Below, piece by piece: positions 29,699-39,478 of a stretch of DNA of 64,000 nt. Each line of letters begins with the position of its first letter. Position 1 is the first letter of the stretch. Made by a program: the position numbers and the translations under genes. The notes under the pieces were generated by a model. That model did not search any database. It worked only from the letters and a program-made list of their open reading frames with translations, and had not been told where the DNA came from. The DNA is from an uncultured Armatimonadia bacterium (GTDB lineage: Bacteria; Armatimonadota; Zipacnadia; CAVVLO01), in NCBI GenBank assembly GCA_963749155.1, contig CAVVLO010000002.1, positions 928,001-992,000 of the forward strand, written 5' to 3'.

Positions 29699-31900
29699 TT
29701 GGAACTTACTCGCACTGCTTTGCAGGTCCTGGACAAGCGCTATCTACGTATTAAAGACGGCCATAAAGAAACCCCTGAAGAGCTCTTTCAGCGCGTCGCC
29801 AGCGCTATTGGCAAGGTGTTGGTGGAGCGCGGCGATGCCGATGCGACTGCCAAGACCAGTGAATTCTACCGGCTGATGACCTCGCTCGAATTCCTGCCCA
29901 ACACGCCAACCCTCGTGAACGCTGGCACCGAACTTGGTCAGCTCTCAGCCTGCTTCGTGCTCCCTATAGAGGACTCACTCGAGAGCATTTTCGACACTCT
30001 CAAGCACGCCGCAATCATCCACAAGAGCGGTGGTGGCACAGGTTTCGCCTTCTCGCGTCTGCGCCCGGGCGGCGATATTGTGCAAACCAGCAGCGGCATC
30101 TCCAGCGGGCCTGTCTCCTTTATGAAGGTCTATAACGCCGCCACCGAGCAGATAAAACAGGGTGGGGTGCGCAGAGGTGCCAATATGGGCATCCTTCATG
30201 TCTCGCATCCGGACATTGAAGAGTTTATCTCTTGCAAGCGCAACGATGCCGAACTCAACAATTTCAATATCTCGGTCGCCTTGTCAGACGAATTTATGCA
30301 GGCTCGGGCCGAAGGACGCGCCTTCGACCTGATAAATCCTCGCGATGACAAAGCCGTTGCCCAGCTGGATGCGTCCTCACTCTTCGACAAGATTGCCGAA
30401 AATGCCTGGGCCTCAGGCGATCCTGGCGTTGTGTATCTCGACACCATCAACAAGACCCATCCTCTCAAGTCTGAGCTTGTCGAATCGACTAACCCCTGTG
30501 GCGAGCAACCGTTGCTCCCCTACGAATCCTGCAACCTGGGCTCAATCAATGTGAGCAAGTTCGTGACTGGGGGCGTCGTCCACTGGGAGCGCCTCGCGCA
30601 GGCGGTTCACAGCGCGGTAGAGTTCCTCGACTGTGTCATTGATGCCAACTCCTATCCGCTGCCCGAGATAGACGAGAAGTCGCGCGCAAGCCGCAAGATA
30701 GGCCTTGGCGTGATGGGTTTTGCTGATGCGCTCATCGAACTCGGGCTCGAATATGGCAGTCAGGAGTCCTTCGCCTTTGGCGCCGAACTGATGCAGTTCG
30801 TTACAGTAGAATCAGTCAAGGCCTCGAGCGCGCTTGCCGAGCGGCTTGGTTGCTTCCCCAAATGGGCCGAGTCCACCTGGGCTGATAAGGGCATCAAGAT
30901 ACGCAACGCCACGACGACCACTATCGCGCCGACAGGTTCGCTCTCCATCCTGGCCGGTTGCAGCAGCGGGATCGAGCCTCTCTTCGCGGTCGTCTATACG
31001 CGCAATATCCTTGGTGGAGAAAAGTTTTACGAGGTGCATCCCCTCTTCGAGCGCAAGGCCAGGCAAGGCGGGTATTTCTCCGACGATTTGATAACGCGCA
31101 TCGCCGAAGGCGACTCTCACGAGTTGAGCGAGTATCTCGAGATCCCCTCTGAGGACGCGACCCTCTTTGTCACCGCGCACGGGTTGAACCACGAACAGCA
31201 CCTCAGGATGCAGGCGGCCTTCCAGAAGCACACCCATAATGCGGTCTCGAAGACCATAAATATGCCCCAGGAAGCCACAGTTGAAGATGTCAAACAGGCT
31301 TACCTGATGGCCTGGGAGCTAGGTTGCAAGGGCGTGACCGTCTACCGAGATCACAGCAAGGGCGCCCAGGTGCTCGAGACTGGTCACGGAGCCACCAAGA
31401 GCGAGCCAGCCGCAGAACCTACCGTCACAGAGGCTTCGGCCAGTTATAAGCGTCCCCCTGTGCTGACCGGCAAGACCTATCGTATGCAAACTGGCTGCGG
31501 CTATCTCTACGTCACCATCAACCAGCGCGAAGACCACGCCTTCGAGGTGTTCCTCTCACTTGGCAAGTCAGGCGGTTGTCCCGCCTCACAGCTCGAAGCG
31601 GTCGGCCGACTGCTTTCGGCCTCTCTAAGAGCTGGTGTGCCTCTTGGATTGCTGATGAAACAGCTCAAGGGTATCCGCTGCCCCCGCCCTGTGTGGGTAG
31701 AGGGCGGCAAGCAAGTGCTCTCCTGTGCGGATGCCATCGGTATCGCGATGGCGGCGCACCTTGGTCAGAACGGCGATTCGATGAAGACCGTGGGGGGCAA
31801 AGCCGAGCCCGCACTGCCCTGTCCTGAGTGCGGTTCTCCAATGGAACTCTCAGAAGGGTGCAGCGTCTGCCCAAGCTGTGGTTACTCCACCTGCGGATAG
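29699..31900 (+). CDS. nrdJ: Adenosylcobalamin-dependent (class II) ribonucleotide reductase with TSCPD domain and Zn ribbon
   Basis: FLPNTPTL.NAG, LSACFV, RRGANM, STNPCGEQPL, SCNLGS, TIAPTG, KGVTVYR, TGCG..YVT, C-terminal CPECG/CPSCG; probable TTG start 29699; no ATP cone. Confidence 0.95.
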   Translation: MELTRTALQVLDKRYLRIKDGHKETPEELFQRVASAIGKVLVERGDADATAKTSEFYRLMTSLEFLPNTPTLVNAGTELGQLSACFVLPIEDSLESIFDTLKHAAIIHKSGGGTGFAFSRLRPGGDIVQTSSGISSGPVSFMKVYNAATEQIKQGGVRRGANMGILHVSHPDIEEFISCKRNDAELNNFNISVALSDEFMQARAEGRAFDLINPRDDKAVAQLDASSLFDKIAENAWASGDPGVVYLDTINKTHPLKSELVESTNPCGEQPLLPYESCNLGSINVSKFVTGGVVHWERLAQAVHSAVEFLDCVIDANSYPLPEIDEKSRASRKIGLGVMGFADALIELGLEYGSQESFAFGAELMQFVTVESVKASSALAERLGCFPKWAESTWADKGIKIRNATTTTIAPTGSLSILAGCSSGIEPLFAVVYTRNILGGEKFYEVHPLFERKARQGGYFSDDLITRIAEGDSHELSEYLEIPSEDATLFVTAHGLNHEQHLRMQAAFQKHTHNAVSKTINMPQEATVEDVKQAYLMAWELGCKGVTVYRDHSKGAQVLETGHGATKSEPAAEPTVTEASASYKRPPVLTGKTYRMQTGCGYLYVTINQREDHAFEVFLSLGKSGGCPASQLEAVGRLLSASLRAGVPLGLLMKQLKGIRCPRPVWVEGGKQVLSCADAIGIAMAAHLGQNGDSMKTVGGKAEPALPCPECGSPMELSEGCSVCPSCGYSTCG

Positions 31901-31961
31901 GGAACTCTGGCGTCTGGCATGGTATTATATTAGACACATTACAACTTCAGGAGGGACCAAA

Positions 31962-32111
31962 ATGGCCGTCTGGAAATGCGACAAGTGCAGTGAGACCAAA
32001 GAATCACGCTGCAAGCCCAAAAATCCCTGCGCTTGCGGGGGCACCTTCGTAAAAGTCGAAGAGGAAAAGAAGAGCTCCGGCTGCGGGTGCAGCAAGAAGA
32101 AGTGCTCGTAA
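31962..32111 (+). CDS. Small Cys-rich RCKP-type rubredoxin-like protein (49 aa)
   Basis: AGGAGGG RBS; MAVWKCDKCSETKESRCKPKNPCACGG... with CxxC, RCKP and a Cys-rich tail; followed by a terminator. Confidence 0.75.
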   Translation: MAVWKCDKCSETKESRCKPKNPCACGGTFVKVEEEKKSSGCGCSKKKCS

Positions 32112-32128
32112 CCGAGTTCTGAGCAAGT

Positions 32129-32162
32129 GAGGGGGAGGCCAGTTGGCCTCCCCTTCTGTTTT
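32129..32162 (+). terminator. Intrinsic terminator
   Basis: GAGGGGGAGGCC-AGTT-GGCCTCCCCTTC hairpin followed by TGTTTT. Confidence 0.8.
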
Positions 32163-32164
32163 GA

Positions 32165-32269
32165 TCAGTCCTTATTCCACTTGGCCCACCCATACAGGAT
32201 AGACCCCAGGGCTACGGCAAGGCAGGCCCAGTAGGCCAGGGCGATTGCAGGATCAGCCATCCCAAGCAT
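32165..32269 (-). CDS. Symporter small accessory membrane protein (34 aa)
   Basis: Not in the ORF track. MLGMADPAIALAYWACLAVALGSILYGWAKWNKD starts 2 nt after the SSS stop; MLG..DP....AY.......YG...WN pattern, single TM. Confidence 0.8.
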   Translation of the reverse strand: MLGMADPAIALAYWACLAVALGSILYGWAKWNKD

Positions 32270-32271
32270 CG

Positions 32272-33903
32272 CTACTTCGCCTCCTCGACAGATTCGTCGT
32301 AGACGCTCTCGGCAAAACACTTGTCCAGATGCGCCGCATCGGGTTTCGGCGTGACCAGACTTACTACAACCGTTACCAGAGTCGCTAGCGGTAAGGCTAT
32401 CAGAAGTGAGTCGATGCTCGCCCAGGGCTCTGGAAAGAGCGGCCCCCCGAACAGTTTATTGGCAAGCCCGACGGCACCCGCCTCCTTGCCATGCACCAGC
32501 AAGGTCCAGGCCAGACTGCTTAAGCAGCCGGTCAACATCCCGGATATCGCGCCCGCTTTGGTCAGACCTCGTGTGAACAGCCCCCCCACCAGCATCGGCA
32601 GGAAAGCTGCTCCGAACAAGCCAAACACGAAAGCTGTTCCCATCGCCACGATACTGGGTGGCAGGCTGAAGGCTATAACCACGCTGGCCAGGATGGCAAC
32701 GGTGATGGCGATACGTGTCACTTTGATGGTGCTGGCAGCCGCCTCGCCCGATTTCTGCATCCAGACCTGGACTACATCGCGCCCAAGCGCGCTGCCCATT
32801 GCGTGGAAAAGCGAACTCAAGGTGGACATTGCTGCAGCAAGCAAGGTCACCATAAACAAATAGACATACCACTGGGGCAGCTCCAGGTTGAGGAAGAGGG
32901 GCATCACAAGATCCACATTCCCACCTGCGGCGTCCAGCGACAGCTTGCCAGTCTTATCGAGGAAGAAGACATTCGATAACGCGCCTGTGATATAGGCTGT
33001 ACCTACCATCACAAGTATGAAAAGTCCGCCAATAAGCACGCCGCGGTTGAGGTCGCGCCCGCGCTTCACGGTCATAAACCGGACATTGAGCTGAGGCTGA
33101 GCAAGGGAGCCCAGGCCGACAGGCAGTATGATACTTGTAATGAGGAGCCACCAGAAGGGCGAGCCAAAGGCAGGCATTGCTGTCCAGCCCTGCAGGCCTT
33201 TGGCAGCCAAACCAGCGGGCACTTCGGGAGCCAGGGCTGTCAGCGCCTGATGAGCCGGAAGGATGCCGCCCAGCTTCGCATACACCATAATCGCAAGAGC
33301 TGCCATTCCAAGGAACATCAGAGCGCCCTGGAAGGCCTCTGCCATCATGGCCGATTTGAGTCCTCCGATAACCACATAAATCGCGATTATAAGTGAGAAG
33401 ACGATGAGAGAGCCCTCATATGATACTTGCAACGTAGGCGCGATAAAGCGAGCGGCGCCAATCAGGATGACCCCAGCATAAAGAGGCAAGGTTAGGAAGA
33501 TCAGCAAGCCCGCGAAACCTTGCACGAAGCCTGATTGGACTCGCTTGCCGAGTAGTTCGGGGAAGGTGACCGCGTTCAGGTTGGAACCAACCTTACGCAC
33601 TGCCCGACCGAACACCGTGAAGGCCAGCAGGATACCTATAGCAATATTGGCGAATACAAGCCAAAGCAGGCCAAGACCCAGCATTGAAGCCAGTCCCGTA
33701 AAGCCTATTATGGCAGCGGTTGAGATGAAGCTGGCGCCATAACTAAGTGCCATCACGAAGGAGTGCATCCCCCGGCCTGCCAGCATATAGTCTTCGGCGG
33801 TCCTGGTCTTACGCCAGCCCTGGTAGCCAAGCAGCACCAACAAGATAAAATAGCTGCCGACAATCGCAAAGAACAGTGGCATATTAGGAGCAGTGGTTTC
33901 CAT
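32272..33903 (-). CDS. Sodium:solute symporter family protein
   Basis: DYMLAGR, ALSYGASFIST, YVVIGG, QPQL.VRFM, AAAMSTLSS; ~13 TM. Confidence 0.93.
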   Translation of the reverse strand: METTAPNMPLFFAIVGSYFILLVLLGYQGWRKTRTAEDYMLAGRGMHSFVMALSYGASFISTAAIIGFTGLASMLGLGLLWLVFANIAIGILLAFTVFGRAVRKVGSNLNAVTFPELLGKRVQSGFVQGFAGLLIFLTLPLYAGVILIGAARFIAPTLQVSYEGSLIVFSLIIAIYVVIGGLKSAMMAEAFQGALMFLGMAALAIMVYAKLGGILPAHQALTALAPEVPAGLAAKGLQGWTAMPAFGSPFWWLLITSIILPVGLGSLAQPQLNVRFMTVKRGRDLNRGVLIGGLFILVMVGTAYITGALSNVFFLDKTGKLSLDAAGGNVDLVMPLFLNLELPQWYVYLFMVTLLAAAMSTLSSLFHAMGSALGRDVVQVWMQKSGEAAASTIKVTRIAITVAILASVVIAFSLPPSIVAMGTAFVFGLFGAAFLPMLVGGLFTRGLTKAGAISGMLTGCLSSLAWTLLVHGKEAGAVGLANKLFGGPLFPEPWASIDSLLIALPLATLVTVVVSLVTPKPDAAHLDKCFAESVYDESVEEAK

Positions 33904-33965
33904 AAGCAGTCCCCCTGGGGGCGGAATGAAACCTGGTCAGGGCGCGCAAGGCGTCCTTGGCAGGA

Positions 33966-35264
33966 TTATACGCTAGTCATGGATTCTGTTTGGGCATCGA
34001 CCTGGGAAGTGCCGTTTGCCTCAGTAATAAATAACCAGGCCATCAGGGCAGCCAGACCCGCCAGCACTGCACTGAGGATGAAAACCGCCTGGTAGCCCTG
34101 GGCCAGCCGGTCTACCAGCACGCCTCCCATAATCGGTCCCAGTGCTCCAGCAGGTGTAGTCAGAGCGCCTCCGAGTCCAAGAAATCCTGTCGCATCGTCA
34201 TGCGGGCACAGCTTTACTGTCAGTCGCCATTGGGCAAGGAAGAACGCGCTACCGCCCAGGCCACCTACCGCAAAAGCCGCATAAACGAGCCATACCTTCC
34301 CGAAGAGCAACAGCAGGCAGGAGATGGCCATACAGAGTGTAGCACCGATGATTACCGGTTTATAGCGTGTATGGTCGCCTACCCATCCTGCAATTGGACT
34401 GCCAACCATCCCTGCTATGGTGCCCGCGGCAATGAGCAAGGCAGTGCTACCCTCGGACATTCCGACACTTTCGACCGCCCAGACAGCCGAAAAAGCCCCG
34501 GCCATCGAAGCGAAGCCTACCAGACTGCGATTTGCAAGCAGCCCCAGGAAGGGACGGTTGCTGATTACCGACTTGAGCAGGCGACGAAAATATTCTCTGG
34601 GCCCTGGTCGTTGTTTTTCAGCGGGCCAACGCACCTCGCGCAGCCTGAAGATAAGCGCCAGGCTGATTGTCCAAAGCACCGCGCCTGCCAGGAAGCAATA
34701 CCCATAATTAAAGGGGTGGTCGAGATGATCTATCAGCCACTTGGCTGGTTTGGCCGCCAGTACTCCCATCAGGCCAGAGGCGAACATCATAATGCCAAAG
34801 GCCTTGCCGCGAAGGCGGACTGGATAGATTTTGTCGACCATCGCGAACCAGACGGGCATTATAAAACCGAAGGCCAGGCTCTGGATGAACTGGCTAATCA
34901 GCACCAACACAATTGCAGTAGTGTTGCCCAGAGTATCAGCATGGAAAGCTGTGAAGGCGAGTATGTATCCCCCAATCAGCACCGGGACATGCAACCAGAC
35001 CGCAGGGGTTTTCTTCTTGGGAAGATGCTCTGTATAGTAGGCCGTGATTAGCTGTGGGACGGTAGCCGCCACCGCCATCAACGCGGGCAACAAGCCAATG
35101 ATCATCCCACTGGCGCCAAGGCTTCGCAGAAATACTGGCAACAGAGCCTGCTGAGAGACAAACGCCGTCCCGGCGCCCCAGATGGCCTCCACAAAGAGCA
35201 AGACGTTGAGGTTGAAGCGCCAGCGTAACTCGACCTTTGCGTTGTAGTCGACCAGGTGATCCAT
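33966..35264 (-). CDS. MFS transporter
   Basis: Likely start MDHL at 35264; ~12 TM; W..MV.K..P...RGK.FG; GWVGD..RYK. Confidence 0.85.
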   Translation of the reverse strand: MDHLVDYNAKVELRWRFNLNVLLFVEAIWGAGTAFVSQQALLPVFLRSLGASGMIIGLLPALMAVAATVPQLITAYYTEHLPKKKTPAVWLHVPVLIGGYILAFTAFHADTLGNTTAIVLVLISQFIQSLAFGFIMPVWFAMVDKIYPVRLRGKAFGIMMFASGLMGVLAAKPAKWLIDHLDHPFNYGYCFLAGAVLWTISLALIFRLREVRWPAEKQRPGPREYFRRLLKSVISNRPFLGLLANRSLVGFASMAGAFSAVWAVESVGMSEGSTALLIAAGTIAGMVGSPIAGWVGDHTRYKPVIIGATLCMAISCLLLLFGKVWLVYAAFAVGGLGGSAFFLAQWRLTVKLCPHDDATGFLGLGGALTTPAGALGPIMGGVLVDRLAQGYQAVFILSAVLAGLAALMAWLFITEANGTSQVDAQTESMTSV

Positions 35265-35337
35265 CAAGCACCCACAAGGGGGTAATTCAGCGGAATATAG
35301 CACGTCCACCGGCGTGGGAGAAGTCTTTTCCGGAAAC

Positions 35338-35375
35338 AAAAAAGCCGCCTGAGATTTTCCAGGCGGCTTTTTTTT
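35338..35375. terminator. Intrinsic terminator (A/T tracts on both sides) after the hybrid kinase
   Basis: AAAAAAGCCGCCT-GAGATTTTCC-AGGCGGCTTTTTTTT. Confidence 0.85.
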
Positions 35376-35392
35376 CAGACTCACCGAATCAG

Positions 35393-38300
35393 CTAGTCAG
35401 GCAGATGCTTGTCAAGGAGACGGATAAGCTCGTGTTGGCGGTAAGGCTTGGCCAAAACTTCGGTTATACCGACCAGGGCGGCATGATTCCTGTCTACCTG
35501 TTCGCCCCAGCCGGTCGCGAGAATAATCGGCAAGTCAGGGCGCATACGGTGTAGCTCACTGGCCAAATCGAGACCGCTTATACCGGGCATCCCCAGGTCG
35601 GTGACTACCAGGTCGAAGTCTCCCTCGCGCGCCCATTCAAGCGCCTCTAGCGGATCGCCGAACTCGATAACCTGGTGCCCCAGTTTGGCAAGCAGCGTGG
35701 TAAGCACGCGACGCACTTCGGGCAGATCTTCTACCACAAGCAGCTTGCCTGTCTTGGTCCCATGAGCCGGCACATCATCGACTAGCTGCTCGAAGGTAGC
35801 GTGCTGTTGTGGCTCGGGACGAGTATCATCCTCTACTGGCAGGCCGATGGTAATTGTCGTGCCTTCGCCAAGCTTGCTTGCGACTTGCAACCGGCCGCCA
35901 TGCCGCTTGGCAATGCCATGACTGACAGAAAGCCCCAGGCCTGTGCGACCTTTCGTCGAGTAGAAAGCTTCGCGACAATGTTGCAGTACCTCCGGCGCCA
36001 TCCCAAGGCCCGTATCGGCGACTGAAAGTCTGATTTCTCTGCCTTCAACCCCGGCGCTCAAACGCAACTCCCCACCGGCGGGCATAGCTTCTACGGCATT
36101 GAGGACAAGGCTCACGAAGAGCTGCTGCAGAGCGCTCTCATCGCCAACCAGGTCAGGCAGAGGTTCCTCGAGCTCCAGCACGGGATGGATAGTGATACCT
36201 CGGCGTTCGGCTTCATCAAGCCAGCGCGGCTCGGTCAGTTCGAGTACGGTCGAGAACAACTCTCTGACTGGTACCCGCTGAAGGTCGACATCCTTGCGGA
36301 TATTGGCGAATTCCTGGAGGCGACGGACGCTCGCAGCGCCTTCCTCGGCAGAGCCGACTATGCTTTCAAGCCAGTCCTTGCGCAGCTTGGGATCGTCTAT
36401 CTCGAGTGCGAGTTCGGCGTTGCCCATTATCGCAGCGAGTACATTGTTGAAGTCGTGAGCCACTCCCGCGGCAAGCTCGGCGATGATGCGAGTCTTCTCA
36501 CCCGCAGCCAGGCGTTCGCGCAGAGTATAAAGCTCGGTCACATCGGTGCCGACAAGCACCACGCCTTCAAGAGAGCCATCTTCAGCAGCAAGTGGCGAGG
36601 CGCTAAGAGTAAGCTGCCGTTTTCCGCCTTTGCCGTCCAGGAAGCCCAACTGGCCTTCGCGAACCGGCTGCCCTTCAAACAACACCCGAGAGGCGAGTTC
36701 GGCCATTGCCTCGCCCACGGTATTGGCTTCACCAGGCTCGGTAAGCGCCTTATTGGCCAACTGCTCGACATAGGAGTTCTGCGAGCGGATTGTCTTGTCC
36801 TGATTGTAGACCGCAATCGCAGCCTGGGAATTCTCGAGTACGCGCGCAAGGAAGGCATGGGCTCCGCTGGCTTCTTCTTGCGCCTTGCGCAGCTCGGTCA
36901 CATCGCTGAAGGAGAGCAACACAGCCACTTCGCCGTTGCCACCCAGGGTGGTGCTGCCAGAATACTGGAGCCACTGGGTAGACCCTTCCTGCTGTACCTC
37001 ACAAAGACCATAAATACTGGCGACCTTGCCTGCCGCGAGTTCTCGCACCTTGGCGATACAGGGAGTATCTCCCAGACGCGACAGGCTGGTTATCTGCTTG
37101 CCAAGCACTTCGGAGGCAGGCAGTCCAAGCAACTGCTCGGCTTTACCATTCCAAAGCTGGATTGTCAGTGCCTGGTTTAGCACGCACATCCCGCTACCGG
37201 CTTCGTCCAGCACCGAGGCGAGCCAGCGACTCGCCAGATCTGCCCTTTGGCGCTCTCTGAGGCGCCTTAGACTTGACTGTAGAGCTGGTAGCAGAAGCTG
37301 ATATAGATGGTAATGTATTTCGTGCTCTGAAAAAGTGAAAGGCTCGCCAGAAGCCACTACGGCAGCCGCCAGGATATCCTCTGGATTATCCGCATCCGAC
37401 ATTGGAAGGACAACCAGAGAGCGGATACCCGCTTCGACCCAGGCCTCTGCAAGGCCCCAGCTAGCGCTTTGCAACTCATCAAGGACCACGGGCTGGCGTG
37501 ATTTGGCTGCCAGGCTAAAGGGACTGCCAGGCCCTCCTGTAGCTTCGAGAGAGACTTTTTTGAGAGGCCCGCTGGCCTCGCCAAAGCGTTCCCAACCCTT
37601 ATCAACTGGACGCCAGAGGGCAGCGCCGGTCGCTCTGGTGAGTTGTAAGGCGGCTTTCGAGAAAGCTTTGGCCAGCTCTTCCTCTGTTGCACTGCCTAGC
37701 AGTTCACTTGAGAGTTCGTTGACTTTGGCATCAAAGCCAGCTTGTTCGGCGTGTTCTTTGTTCAGACCGCTCTCTCGGCGTGTCTTGATTAGCGTAGTGG
37801 CAAGTGAACCCATCGCAACCAGCAGCACCAGCGTAATGAGCAGGGCCTGACTGCGAGCACCCGCTGTGGCTGCGCCCAGATATGAGCGCGGAGTGGCGAC
37901 GAGGATAGTGAATCTCTGCTTGTCGATGCGAGTAGGCACGGCGCTAATCAGATAACCCGCCGCTTCGCAAGACATAACGGGGGTGCCTGGCGCGGAGTCA
38001 GCGCGCAGAAAGCCCCCTGCCCCCTCGGTCAGTTGCTGATTCAGACGTTCTTCCGCCACATCGACAAGCTTGGGCATATGCGGAAACTCCAGAGCTACTG
38101 GCTTTCCTTTGCCCTCGCTTACCTGGATCCCAAAATTGCTTGCGCTGGGATTGCTTTCGCCTGCGGCATAAGGAAGACGCCATATGACAACCAGAGAGCG
38201 TTGCCCCATCGGCATATAAACGCCGCTGACAACATAGAGCCCGCTATCTTCAGGTGAAGCAGCGGCAGTATTGTCCTGCACTTCGATCTCGGCGAACAAT

Positions 38301-38791
38301 TGCTCTTTGCCACTAGCCAGTTTCTCCAGGCCTTTGGTCATCAGAGGCTGGAAGCTTGCAGCAGATAAGCCAAGGGGCGTTATATAAGGGGTTGTAGCAG
38401 GCGGAGCCAGCACCCCAAGCGCTACCGGAGTAAGCACCTGGGAAGTTGCCTCGGTGGGGCGAAGCAAGCTGGACTTTGAGAGCGCCGCCACTTCGGGGGC
38501 GCTTCCAGTCGGCGGCTTGGCGAGCCTGAGTTTCGCCTCGACAGAATAAGCGAGCAGCTCGGTCCTTTGGCGCGCTTCTGCGACAGCTTGCTGTAATTCA
38601 ACTCGCGTGTCCTGGGCTCTGGTAAATTGCCGCGCGTAGATTTCGCTACTGGCAGCTCTCATCGAGCTGTTGTAGGTGGCCGCCGTGTAGAGAAGCACAC
38701 TCAACACGGCGACAATCAACAGCACGACTGTCGCGACGTCCAATGCAGGACGACCGCTCTTCCAGGTTTTGAACTCACCTGATAGGGCCAT
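35393..38791 (-). CDS. Hybrid sensor histidine kinase (2 TM, periplasmic domain, GAF, 2 PAS, HisKA, HATPase, receiver)
   Basis: AGVAHDFNNVL H-box, LNAVEAMP.GG, DTG.GM, GLGLS, receiver VVED...TDLGMP...KP. Confidence 0.92.
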   Translation of the reverse strand: MALSGEFKTWKSGRPALDVATVVLLIVAVLSVLLYTAATYNSSMRAASSEIYARQFTRAQDTRVELQQAVAEARQRTELLAYSVEAKLRLAKPPTGSAPEVAALSKSSLLRPTEATSQVLTPVALGVLAPPATTPYITPLGLSAASFQPLMTKGLEKLASGKEQLFAEIEVQDNTAAASPEDSGLYVVSGVYMPMGQRSLVVIWRLPYAAGESNPSASNFGIQVSEGKGKPVALEFPHMPKLVDVAEERLNQQLTEGAGGFLRADSAPGTPVMSCEAAGYLISAVPTRIDKQRFTILVATPRSYLGAATAGARSQALLITLVLLVAMGSLATTLIKTRRESGLNKEHAEQAGFDAKVNELSSELLGSATEEELAKAFSKAALQLTRATGAALWRPVDKGWERFGEASGPLKKVSLEATGGPGSPFSLAAKSRQPVVLDELQSASWGLAEAWVEAGIRSLVVLPMSDADNPEDILAAAVVASGEPFTFSEHEIHYHLYQLLLPALQSSLRRLRERQRADLASRWLASVLDEAGSGMCVLNQALTIQLWNGKAEQLLGLPASEVLGKQITSLSRLGDTPCIAKVRELAAGKVASIYGLCEVQQEGSTQWLQYSGSTTLGGNGEVAVLLSFSDVTELRKAQEEASGAHAFLARVLENSQAAIAVYNQDKTIRSQNSYVEQLANKALTEPGEANTVGEAMAELASRVLFEGQPVREGQLGFLDGKGGKRQLTLSASPLAAEDGSLEGVVLVGTDVTELYTLRERLAAGEKTRIIAELAAGVAHDFNNVLAAIMGNAELALEIDDPKLRKDWLESIVGSAEEGAASVRRLQEFANIRKDVDLQRVPVRELFSTVLELTEPRWLDEAERRGITIHPVLELEEPLPDLVGDESALQQLFVSLVLNAVEAMPAGGELRLSAGVEGREIRLSVADTGLGMAPEVLQHCREAFYSTKGRTGLGLSVSHGIAKRHGGRLQVASKLGEGTTITIGLPVEDDTRPEPQQHATFEQLVDDVPAHGTKTGKLLVVEDLPEVRRVLTTLLAKLGHQVIEFGDPLEALEWAREGDFDLVVTDLGMPGISGLDLASELHRMRPDLPIILATGWGEQVDRNHAALVGITEVLAKPYRQHELIRLLDKHLPD

Positions 38792-38980
38792 AATAGCTTT
38801 GCGCCTGACCTGTGATAGGTATAAGAGTTACAAAATGCCCGGGCTGCCTTTTCCCTGTGGCTCTATTATATGACCTTCGAAACCCCCCTTTTTGCGATGT
38901 GCAAAAGAATTGAACGATATGTTGCAATTGTTTACCTCAGAAAAGGCACTTTCAGCGTCTCTTTGACTGACTGAAGGCCC

Positions 38981-39009
38981 TTGACAGCCCGCCGGTGCTT
39001 GAATAAGGT
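38981..39009 (+). promoter_or_regulatory. Sigma70-type promoter for the NIL-ferredoxin/larE/nadB operon
   Basis: TTGACA-17 nt-TAAGGT, then GGAGG and ATG 39032. Confidence 0.65.
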
Positions 39010-39031
39010 AACCTGACTGGAGGAAAACACA

Positions 39032-39454
39032 ATGGATGCCACCAAGCAGGTCGCTCGACGCATTGTTATCAAGTATCCCGTCAACCTCGTAGGCGAGCCG
39101 CTAATATACCGGCTGGCCAGAGATTACGGTCTGGTATTCAATATCCTCAGGGCCAATGTGAATCCAGAAGCAGAGGGAGTATTGGTGCTGGAGCTACGTG
39201 GCACTGACGCCGCCTGCACTGAAGGCATCGAGTTTCTGAGTTCCGCCGGGGTCGATGTTCAGCCTCTGTCCATGCATATCCGCCGCGATGAGGAGGCGTG
39301 CACCCATTGTGGCCTTTGCACCAGTGTCTGCCCGACCGGCGCCCTGGTTGTAGATCAGGCGACGCAGCTTGTCGATTTCCTTCAAGAAGAATGCATCGCC
39401 TGTGGCCTGTGCGTGCGCACCTGTCCGATGAAGGCCATGCGCGTTGAGTTCTAG
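39032..39454 (+). CDS. NIL-domain protein with 2x[4Fe-4S] ferredoxin domain
   Basis: EPLIYRLARDYGLVFNILRA (NIL) plus CTHCGLCTSVCP and CIACGLCVRTCP. Confidence 0.9.
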   Translation: MDATKQVARRIVIKYPVNLVGEPLIYRLARDYGLVFNILRANVNPEAEGVLVLELRGTDAACTEGIEFLSSAGVDVQPLSMHIRRDEEACTHCGLCTSVCPTGALVVDQATQLVDFLQEECIACGLCVRTCPMKAMRVEF

Positions 39455-39478
39455 CTGTGCTGGTGGAGAATCGCCTCA

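Noticed and set aside
29601..29699. Cobalamin riboswitch upstream of nrdJ
   Set aside because: The gap is under 100 nt, lacks B12-box motifs and is accounted for by the promoter and NrdR boxes.
36185..37180. Long antisense and alternate-frame ORFs (e.g. 36185-37180, 34200-35051, 8696-9487, 18946-19737, 59147-59941)
   Set aside because: They lie opposite well-supported genes, lack recognisable motifs and are typical shadow ORFs of GC-rich coding DNA.
38912..38925. LexA (GAAC-N4-GTTC) box in the divergent promoter region
   Set aside because: GAACGATATGTTG has a 5-nt spacer and a mismatched half-site.
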